A stretch of 64,000 bases of DNA from Candidatus Latescibacterota bacterium (lineage in GTDB: Bacteria; Latescibacterota; UBA2968; UBA8231), in NCBI GenBank assembly GCA_965248265.1, contig CBDFJF010000002.1:1120001-1184000 (forward strand). Reading direction: 5' to 3'. Positions within the stretch are counted from its first letter, which is position 1. Each line of letters opens with the position of its first letter. Of the stretch, positions 30,790-38,328 are shown in pieces. The position numbers and the translations under genes are program-made. The notes beneath the pieces are model-generated. The model did not search any database. It was not told the origin of the DNA and was given only the letters and a program-made list of their open reading frames with translations.

Positions 30790-32547
30790 CTAACGCGGTG
30801 GGATCATCGGCAGCACGATGTGTGAAGGGCTCCCCGAGTTGTGCACGACCGTGTTCGCGGCCACCTTGCCCGACGCTTCCCGGTGAATCGGACCGCCCGT
30901 GTTGAGGTTGCGGTCGAAGCGGGGAAAGCTGCTGCTCGTGACCACAATCCTCATGCGGTGCCCCTCGAGAAACACGTTGCTGGTGGCCCACAGGTCGATC
31001 TCGAAGCGATACACCTCTCCAGGTACCATCAGCTCCGGCTTTGCGAACGAGTCTCGGTACCGAGCCCGAAGGATGCCGTCGCACACGGGGCGTGAGTACC
31101 CGTCGGGGTGCACGTCGGTCACCCGTACGATCCAGTCGGTGTCGGGCGCCGAGGAGGTGGCGTAGAGGACGGCCTTCACCGGGCCGGTGACCTCCAGTTC
31201 CTCGGTGAGTGGCTCGCTCGTGTACGTGAGGCAGATCTCATCTACGGGTCGCTGGTCTATCACGCCGTCGGAGATCCCCAGGGTGGCGCCGCCCAGACTG
31301 GGCACCGGTCTTTGCGGGTCGTACTCGAAGGTGTCCGCCCCTTCGGCCCCTGGAGGCGGCTCAGCCGACAGCAAGCCGTCGTTCAGCGACTCGATCGAAC
31401 CGCTGCGTGGCGCGCGCAGGTAGTAGTTGACGTACGTCGTGTCGGGGAGCGGCCAGTCCTCCTCGTCGCGCCATTCGTTGCGGCCCATCACGAAGATGCG
31501 CACCGGCGGCTCGTCCATCACTCCGTTGTCGATCCCCTTGAGCCAGTAGTCGAACCAGGGCAGACGCATCTCGTTAAAGTCTCTGGCCGCGCTCTCTCCG
31601 AAGTCGAACTCGCCGACGACGTGTTCGGCGATGTTCGGGGAGCCGTGGATCCAGGGCCCGATGATGAGCTTCTGACTATTACGCGCCTCCTCGGTGCGCG
31701 CCTTCGCCTTCATGCCGAGGAAATTCTTCAGCGTGCCGGCCAGGAAGATGTCGAACCACGCCCCCTGGTGGTACGTCGGCGTCTCGATCTGGTCGTGGTG
31801 CGGCTCGATGCTGAGCCCTACCCAGTACGGCCCGGCCTCGGGGTGGTCGAGCCAGACATTGTGCCAGTCGCTCAGCCCTTCGAGGAAGGTGCACGGGTAG
31901 ACAGGCAACCTGGCCAGCCAGTCGTCCATCTCCTCGCCCACCTTGCACAAGAGCTTCTTCTGGCGCTCGAGCTCTTCCCCTTCGACCAGATGCTCGAGAT
32001 TCTTCTCGGTCACGGTGTGCGCCCAGTAGGTGTTGAAGCCGAGCTCGAAGGCGCCGTCGCGATAGACCCACTCGCGCTGGAAATCGGCCGACGATTCGCG
32101 TACGAATGTCGCCCGCAGGTGGGGCGGCCGGCTGAGCGCGGCGCGGTACTGGGTCGCGCCGGAATAGGAGCCACCGATCATGCCGACATTGCCGTCACAC
32201 CACGACTGCGCGGCCAGCCACTCGATCGTGTCGTACCCGTCCTGATTGGCGCCGGCGCCGTCGTCTCTGAAAGGGTAGAATTCGCCGCTAGAGGCGAACC
32301 TGCCGCGCACGTCCTGGACGACGACGGCGTACCCCCGTTGCGCGAAGAATTCGGGAGAGCCCACTGCGTTCTCCGAAGCCCCGTCCTTGTTGTAGACGGT
32401 GCGCTCGAGCAGTACCGGGAACGCCCTCTCGGCGTCCGGGCGGGTCACGTCGGCGCGCAGGATCGTGCCGTCGCGCATCGGCATTTCCAGGTTCTTCTCG
32501 AAAACCGTTTCAAACTGGGGTTGTGACAGGACTGCAGTGTTGATCAC
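30790..32547 (-). CDS. CocE/NonD family hydrolase
   Basis: Motifs PMRDG, QDVRGR, GGSYSG nucleophile, IGPWIH and SSSFPRFDRN. Confidence 0.9.
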   Translation of the reverse strand: MINTAVLSQPQFETVFEKNLEMPMRDGTILRADVTRPDAERAFPVLLERTVYNKDGASENAVGSPEFFAQRGYAVVVQDVRGRFASSGEFYPFRDDGAGANQDGYDTIEWLAAQSWCDGNVGMIGGSYSGATQYRAALSRPPHLRATFVRESSADFQREWVYRDGAFELGFNTYWAHTVTEKNLEHLVEGEELERQKKLLCKVGEEMDDWLARLPVYPCTFLEGLSDWHNVWLDHPEAGPYWVGLSIEPHHDQIETPTYHQGAWFDIFLAGTLKNFLGMKAKARTEEARNSQKLIIGPWIHGSPNIAEHVVGEFDFGESAARDFNEMRLPWFDYWLKGIDNGVMDEPPVRIFVMGRNEWRDEEDWPLPDTTYVNYYLRAPRSGSIESLNDGLLSAEPPPGAEGADTFEYDPQRPVPSLGGATLGISDGVIDQRPVDEICLTYTSEPLTEELEVTGPVKAVLYATSSAPDTDWIVRVTDVHPDGYSRPVCDGILRARYRDSFAKPELMVPGEVYRFEIDLWATSNVFLEGHRMRIVVTSSSFPRFDRNLNTGGPIHREASGKVAANTVVHNSGSPSHIVLPMIPPR

Positions 32548-32562
32548 GCGGTTCCTTCGATA

Positions 32563-33714
32563 TCAGGGCAGGGCCTCGAAAAGGCGATCGATGTCGTCGT
32601 GGTTGTTGTACACCGACGGTGACAGGCGCATCTTGTTGCCGAAGCGCATGGCGATGTGAACGTCGTTGTTGCGGCAGCTGGCCATGGCTCGATCTGGGTC
32701 GGGCGCCACAAAGGCGACAATCGGGCTCTCGTTTCCCCTGGGAGTGATCGATTCGTACCCGCGCTGCGGCAGCTCCTCCTGCAGGCGCCCGGTCAGCTCC
32801 CGCGCATGATTGCGGATGTTCTCGACTCCCAGGTTCAGGATGTATTTCACGCTCTCCCGCGCGCAGATGACCCCTTCGTAGGAGGGGTAGCTGACCTCGT
32901 ACGCGCCGATCCCGGACGACGGTGAAAACGAGATCTCATCGCCGTCCAGGCCGGAATTCTCGCTCCAGGGCGGGTAATTGTACGAAACCCCGCCGGTGGG
33001 CTGGGACGGCTTGAGCACGGTTCCCTGCAGGCCGGAACGCACGTACAGAAACCCGAAACCCTTCACACCCATCAGCCACTTGAAGGTCGAGCAGGCGGCG
33101 AAGTCGATGCCCATCGCTTTGACGTCGATCGGCACGCATCCAGCTGCTTGCATTATGTCGACGTAGATGTACGCGCCGTGGTCGTGGGCGAGCTTGCTCA
33201 GGGCACTCACGTCGGCGAGGTATCCGTTGATGTTGGAAACGAGGGCCACCGATATGAGCCGCGTGTTACCATCGACCGCCTGTCGCATCGCGTCCATGTC
33301 GATCTGCCAGTCGCGGTTCTTGACGACGCGCACGTCGAGGCCCTGCTGCGCGCGAAACTTGTAGTTGCCGACACAAGGGTTGAAGTTCAGATCGGAGATG
33401 ACCACGTTTCCGCCCTGGAGGTGGTCATTCAGTCCATTCAGGATGTTGCTCTCCGATTCCACCGTGCTGCGCGCGTGGGCGATCTCTGTGGGGTCGGCGT
33501 TGATGAGCTCGGCGAAAAGGATTTTCGCCTTGTCCCGCGGCTCGGCCCAGGCCGGCCACCAGGGCTCGCCGACATCGTGTGTGACCCACTCCACATAACG
33601 GTGCAGCGCCGCGGCCGAATGCATGCTGATCGGATGCGACGAGGCGTTGTCGAAGTAGGCCATCGTGCGCGCCCGCGGAAAATCCTCGCGGACCCTGTCG
33701 AATAGGTCGCTCAT
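32563..33714 (-). CDS. Aminotransferase class V / cysteine-desulfurase-like PLP enzyme
   Basis: Motifs YFDNAS, VDIMQAAG, STFKWL and RLSPSVYN. Confidence 0.85.
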   Translation of the reverse strand: MSDLFDRVREDFPRARTMAYFDNASSHPISMHSAAALHRYVEWVTHDVGEPWWPAWAEPRDKAKILFAELINADPTEIAHARSTVESESNILNGLNDHLQGGNVVISDLNFNPCVGNYKFRAQQGLDVRVVKNRDWQIDMDAMRQAVDGNTRLISVALVSNINGYLADVSALSKLAHDHGAYIYVDIMQAAGCVPIDVKAMGIDFAACSTFKWLMGVKGFGFLYVRSGLQGTVLKPSQPTGGVSYNYPPWSENSGLDGDEISFSPSSGIGAYEVSYPSYEGVICARESVKYILNLGVENIRNHARELTGRLQEELPQRGYESITPRGNESPIVAFVAPDPDRAMASCRNNDVHIAMRFGNKMRLSPSVYNNHDDIDRLFEALP

Positions 33715-33920
33715 ATTCGCCCCCCGTCGAAGTCCGGCTCCGCCCGAAACACTTGACTGCTCACGATAATATAGCTTCTATGGACAAACCCGAACGGATA
33801 GGAATGTGGAGTCATCGGTAGCTGCGCCTCGCCGGGCGGCCTGACAGTGGAATCCATTCCTGCAATCGGCAGTTGAGCCCCATCCGGCTATTTTTCGATT
33901 ACCAACTTTCCACTACGTTA

Positions 33921-33937
33921 TAATTATATTATAATTA
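33921..33937. promoter_or_regulatory. Perfect AT-rich inverted repeat (TAATTATA-T-TATAATTA); probable brnTA promoter/operator
   Basis: Contains TATAAT and lies 4 bp upstream of the brnT start codon. Confidence 0.6.
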
Positions 33938-33941
33938 AGGC

Positions 33942-34229
33942 ATGGCAGATCTACAGTTTGAATGGGACGAAGCCAAAAACAAAGCGAACCAAAGGAAACA
34001 CGGCGTTTCATTCGAGGAAGCCCAGACGGTTTTTTTCGACGAGCATGCTGTACAGTTCTTTGATGACGATGTGCTTGGAGAGGATCGCTTTCTGATGCTG
34101 GGATGCAGCGCCAGGCTCCGCGTTTTGATTGTCGTCCACTGCTTTCGAGATGAGGAGTCAGTAATCCGCATTATTTCTGCCCGCAAGCCCACGAGGACGG
34201 AGCGGTCCGAGTACCCGGAGGAGTCATGA
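33942..34229 (+). CDS. brnT: BrnT family toxin
   Basis: Motifs FEWDEAKNKANQRKHGVSFEEA, EDRF and IRIISARK. Confidence 0.9.
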   Translation: MADLQFEWDEAKNKANQRKHGVSFEEAQTVFFDEHAVQFFDDDVLGEDRFLMLGCSARLRVLIVVHCFRDEESVIRIISARKPTRTERSEYPEES

Positions 34230-34450
34230 AAAAGGAATACGATCTTTCCAGCATGAAGCGCCGCAAGAACCCCTTCGCCAGCCGACTCAAGAAACAGGTG
34301 ACAATCCGCCTGGGAGTGGACGTAATCGAGTACTTCAAGGCGCTTGCTGATGAAACCGGCATGTCGTACCAGAACCTGATCAATCTCTATTTGCGCGACT
34401 GTGTATCCAGTAATCGCAAGCCGGTCCTGGAATGGGAAGAGGTCGGATAG
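34226..34450 (+). CDS. brnA: BrnA family antitoxin
   Basis: Motif KQVTIRL..DVIEYFK...YQNLIN. 4-bp overlap with the toxin gene. Confidence 0.85.
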   Translation: MKKEYDLSSMKRRKNPFASRLKKQVTIRLGVDVIEYFKALADETGMSYQNLINLYLRDCVSSNRKPVLEWEEVG

Positions 34451-34475
34451 ATCCGTGTCCCGGGGAGAGTCATCC

Positions 34476-34900
34476 ATGAAAACCGCTGTCGTTGCAGGAG
34501 TCGGACCGGGGCTCGGTGCCGCTCTGGTTCGCAAGTTCGTTGCTGAAGGTTGCCGGGTGGGCATGCTCGCCCGCTCGCCCGATTACCTGGAAGAGCTACA
34601 AGCTGAACTGGGCGAAGAGAACGCCCTGGCCGTTGCCGCTGACATCACGACGGATACCGCCGTAGTGTCCGCCTTCGCTCGAGTCAGGGATCGCTTCGGA
34701 CCGGTCGACATTCTGGTCAACCACGCCAGCCTGTCGAACTGGAAAGGCCTCATGGACATAACACCGAAGGAGTTCGAGCGCGCCTGGCGCGTGACCGTTC
34801 TCGGAGCGCTGCATTGCAGCCGGGTGGCTGCAACCGACATGCTGGCCGACAATCGTGGTGGGACCATTCTCTTCACGGGAGCGACTTCATCCATTCGCGG
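34476..34900 (+). pseudogene. SDR oxidoreductase, 3'-truncated by end copy 6
   Basis: Motifs AGVGPGLG, DILVNHA and FTGATSSIRG, then repeat sequence. The YxxxK region is missing. Confidence 0.85.
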
Positions 34901-34971
34901 GCGCTTAGTGAGGATAAGATAGGTTATCGTTACTAAGTCAGGCGGCGTTTTTTGCAATTTGCCGCATTTTG
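34901..34971 (+). repeat. oriIS-side end, copy 6 (truncated, 71 bp)
   Basis: Identical to the first 71 bp of the element. Confidence 0.9.
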
Positions 34972-34997
34972 GGCTCCGCTTCATCCGATTGTTAGCT
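34972..34997 (-). mobile_element. Truncated integron attC site (R'' AGCTAAC plus start of L'')
   Basis: The minus strand reads TATCCAGCTAACAATCGGATGAAGCGGAG at the gene stop, the inverse of GTTAGCTGGATA before the gene start. Confidence 0.7.
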
Positions 34998-35943
34998 GGA
35001 TACTTTATACGGATTAAGTTCACGCAGGATCAAATTACGCATATTTTGGACGATGCAGAGTACACCCGCGCTCGACAAATCTTGCACTGAATCAACTTGA
35101 AGAGATGACAATGTGTTTGCGTGCATGAATGCATCGTCGACTGTTTTTCTGCTACTGAGCGCGGAATAGAACGTCTTGCAGAAGTAACCACTGAAATCCA
35201 CGTAGACGGTGCTCGTCGACGCGATGACAACTTGAACATCAGTTGCCTGCAAAGCCCCAATTACGTTGGCGGAGTTGCAGGTCATGAACAATGCAGTCTT
35301 TACACCACGGCCGTGTAGAATAGACGCCAGGCGCGAAGGCGGGAGTGAACCATCGGCTAGATGAATCAAGCCATCAGAGTCTACGTATACAGAAGTGCAC
35401 GATTTCCACATCATTCATCAGCGCTTTGGATAAAGTTGCTGACGTCACAGAAGGCAAATGTATGACTGAATCACTTGGTAGTAGGGCGTCCCGAATCACC
35501 TTAGCGTCAGCGGCCGCAAATCGATCATAGAAATCGCATTGGCCGTCAATCTCAGCAGAAGCCACAAGAACGTTGATTGGGTTGCCTTTTTGTTGGTTGG
35601 GCGTTTCGATTTGCTCTCGGCACGCGTCTTCAGCGAGCTGTTTCCACGTCCTAAGGGAATCTACGGTAAATCGATCTGAGTCGTTGTCTATTAGCTTAGC
35701 ACAGTTCTGACAAAGCCAAATGCCATTGCTAGGTGCCTTGCGTTGCTCAGATGTCATCGTCTCATCGAATCGTGGGCCGAGTTCGGACGCTGCGGTAATG
35801 TGACACGCTACACCGATGTTTACGTTCTTGGTTTCGTCCTCGCGTGGGCCGGTGGTGAGCTGACGACACCTCGGGTTTGAACAGCGCAGCCCAACACGTG
35901 TCGCGAGAATGTGCTTAACGTCAATTGTGAAGTCGTCTCGCAT
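34992..35943 (-). pseudogene. Integron cassette gene: HNH-like Zn-binding domain plus CHAT/caspase-like domain, frameshift near 35390
   Basis: CSNPRC, ACHITAAS..GPRFD and NGIWLCQNC..LID; then IVHF / FMTCNS and F..FY.AL....V..AF. Lower GC than the flanks. Confidence 0.65.
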
Positions 35944-35952
35944 CTTTTATCC

Positions 35953-36075
35953 AGCTAACGCAGCAATCACCTGCGCCAGGTTCACTGTTTGTGTTGAACC
36001 TCCGGTCCAACCCGCGAGCCACTGATTTGATTCCAGCACCACCATCAAAGCCGTCAGGTGCATTGCATGCTACGC
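35953..36075 (-). mobile_element. Integron attC site (~123 bp)
   Basis: Minus strand: GCGTAGC-ATGCA-ATGCACCT...AGGTGAT-TGCTGC-GTTAGCT. L''/L' pair with one extrahelical base; R' is GTTRRRY-like; R'' is degenerate (AGC for AAC). Confidence 0.7.
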
Positions 36076-36209
36076 GTCCCTCATTATCCAAAGGTTCTAT
36101 TCAAAGCCACTCTCCTGGAACCTTGGCTCCCAAACTTCCACGTCTTCCAACTCGGGCATCGTTACCCGAAATCGTTGTGGGCATTCGCTCTGCCTATTGG
36201 AAATGGGGA

Positions 36210-36227
36210 GCGCTTAGTGAGGATAAG
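36210..36227 (+). repeat. oriIS-side end, copy 7 (18-bp stub)
   Basis: GCGCTTAGTGAGGATAAG directly abuts copy 8. Confidence 0.85.
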
Positions 36228-36441
36228 GCGCTTAGTGAGGATAAGATAGGTTATCGTTACTAAGTCAGGCGGCGTTTTTTGCAATTTGCCGCATTTTGCC
36301 AGCATTGATGGCGGTTCTTTGTGGGGTGACGGTCGATCGACGAAAGCTGAGGCTTCGAACAGTGTCCTCGGAGCCGCTCTGAGCGAACCGGGCGTTTTCA
36401 GCGACAGATCAGGGCACAGCGGTGACGTTGCTGTGACCGCG
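36228..36441 (+). repeat. oriIS-side end, copy 8, native position downstream of the transposase
   Basis: Ends 8 bp from the ancestral transposase stop codon (TGA at 36450-36452). Confidence 0.9.
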
Positions 36442-36468
36442 AATCGATTTCAGGCGGCGAAATCCAGT

Positions 36469-37884
36469 TCAGGTTGGGGGTGGGGGCGTGCGGGTGCGAT
36501 CGGCGGTGCCCGCGCGCAATGGAGCGGGCTCGGTAAGGGCCGCAACTCCCTTCATCGGGCCGCCGCAGGCGGGGCATATGGTTACGTCGAATCGAAAAAC
36601 GCGTGCCAATAAGGTCGACCAAGAAAGGCGATGACGGCGTTGGGCGGGCGTCGGCTCAGAACCTCGACCGGGGAGCGCCTGGGGGTCCTGCCTCTCTTCC
36701 TTGGGACCCGGTACAATCTGTGCCCGATCGGCCGCATTGGGTGCCAACACGCCATGGTAGCGCACCAGGTTGAGGCGCCGTGGCGGCACCAGGGCGGCCA
36801 GTTTCTCGATCAATTCTTGTGGCGAAAGTTCAATTCGATATGTGCCGTCTGACCAGGGTGTCTTCAGTTCGAAGGCCACCTGCTCGGCATCGAGGATCTG
36901 CAGGCGTCCCGCTGCCAGCGGTGGTCGATTGACGTAGCGGCACAGTCTTTCCAGGCGAGTGCGGTCGGCGGCCGGCACGCAGGTGGCCGCAAGCAAAGAG
37001 AATCCACGCGAAGCGAAGCACAGCGGGCCGGTGCGGATGCCCTCTTGAGGATCGAGCAAGCGTCGGCGCACAGGTTGACCGGAGCGCTCGCCGGTAGCCA
37101 CCGGACCCTGGATCGAGGCCGCCGTGATCGTCGCCAGGAGGGGCTCCTGTTCCCACAGCGGATCAACGCGGCCCTCTTCCAGCAGGCCACGACGTTGCAG
37201 CAGGCGCAAAACGCGTCGCGCCGTGGTCTCGACGATCTGTTGCACATCATCATCGCTAAGGGTCGGTGCGGCCACGAACTCCGGACCCACCTCGCCATCG
37301 ACGTAGACGCCGTCGATCATGAGGACATGGACGTGAGGATTGAGATTCAAAGATGACCCGAATCGCTGCACGAACGTCACCGAGCCGCAGCGACTGTGTT
37401 CGTATCCCTGCGCTCGTGCCTGACGTCGATACCAGCCGTAGACGACGCGCAGAAAAACGGCCAGTATCGCGCCCACCAACTCGCCGTCCCAGGCCAGGCG
37501 ATAGCGGATCTCATACGGCAGACTCAGCACCCATTGCCGCACCGGTACCCGCGGCAGGACCTCGTCCGTCAAGCGCGCAGCGGTGTCCACCATCCTTCGT
37601 CCCATACAGCTGGGACAAAAGGAACGTCGCTGGCACGAGAATGCGACGACGCGATCCTGAGTCCAGTCCTCACACCGTACCCGCAGGAATCCATGTGCCA
37701 GAATGCCGCATTCCAGATAGGCACGGAGTTCCTTCTCGACGTTGGCCGGCAGCTGGCGGTCCGATGAGCGTGTGCGCTCTACGAAAGTCTCAAGATTCTC
37801 GGCCAGCACCTGGTAAAGAGGTTCCTTCTCGGGGGTTCGGCGACGGTAGGAGAACCCGCTGCCATGGGTGTGAGCGGCTGGCAT
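36469..37884 (-). CDS. IS91/ISCR family HUH rolling-circle transposase, probably degenerate
   Basis: Zn-binding region YLECG..HGF..FSCQRRSFCPSC, QWVLSLP, HUH motif NPHVHVL, and single-Tyr LERLCRYVNRP. 3' frameshifting deletions relative to the fragments. Confidence 0.9.
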   Translation of the reverse strand: MPAAHTHGSGFSYRRRTPEKEPLYQVLAENLETFVERTRSSDRQLPANVEKELRAYLECGILAHGFLRVRCEDWTQDRVVAFSCQRRSFCPSCMGRRMVDTAARLTDEVLPRVPVRQWVLSLPYEIRYRLAWDGELVGAILAVFLRVVYGWYRRQARAQGYEHSRCGSVTFVQRFGSSLNLNPHVHVLMIDGVYVDGEVGPEFVAAPTLSDDDVQQIVETTARRVLRLLQRRGLLEEGRVDPLWEQEPLLATITAASIQGPVATGERSGQPVRRRLLDPQEGIRTGPLCFASRGFSLLAATCVPAADRTRLERLCRYVNRPPLAAGRLQILDAEQVAFELKTPWSDGTYRIELSPQELIEKLAALVPPRRLNLVRYHGVLAPNAADRAQIVPGPKEERQDPQALPGRGSEPTPAQRRHRLSWSTLLARVFRFDVTICPACGGPMKGVAALTEPAPLRAGTADRTRTPPPPT

Positions 37885-38167
37885 GCCTTGGTGGCACGCA
37901 AGATGGAGACCAGCCGTGAGTGTGCTCGAGTATCACGTGGTCCTGGCAAGGGAACCGTGGGCACTCGGCTACGCACACGTGTGTACCAGACGACACAACA
38001 CGGCAGCAGCGGACGAGTCCTCGTCGTGACGGAATCAGACCAGACTCGCCAGCGCTACCGCCGTATCTGCCCGGTTCGCTGCGCGACCTCTGTACCAAGT
38101 GATAATGGCGTCTATCGAGCCTACGCGTTGCGCCCAGCAAACCTCATGGGCTCTACTACACGCGTTT

Positions 38168-38328
38168 GCAGGGGGATGTCTGGATTGCCGATATCAGCGA
38201 CGTCGTGGGCGGTGACTGAAGGGGCTTCCCGTTACCTGCCGGGGTGGACGGTGCGCTCGCGACGGGGATCGGCCGCCACTTCGGAGTAGAACAGGCGCTG
38301 GGCCGGCGTCATCCGCTCCAGCGCTTCC
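38168..38328. repeat. Right copy of the ~162-bp direct duplication
   Basis: Matches 14108-14269. Confidence 0.9.

Larger units (their letters stand above)
14270..38167. mobile_element. IS91/ISCR-type rolling-circle composite island: array of oriIS-side ends separating captured cargo segments
   Basis: Eight co-oriented end copies, transposase fragments, one near-full transposase at the right end, and a flanking duplication. The right boundary is inferred from the duplication. Confidence 0.8.

Noticed and set aside
33900-34470. brnTA as an integron cassette
   Set aside because: No inverse core site (..TAAC) or attC-like stem was found after brnA.
14270-36441. Repeat-spacer pattern read as a CRISPR array
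   Set aside because: Repeats are ~214 bp with kb-scale gene-bearing spacers, and there are no cas genes. The repeat is the 3' end of an IS91-type element.
14270-36441. Repeats as simple MITE insertions into contiguous genes
   Set aside because: At copy 2 the joined flanks do not restore a ketopantoate reductase, and at the other copies the missing gene halves are not on the other side.
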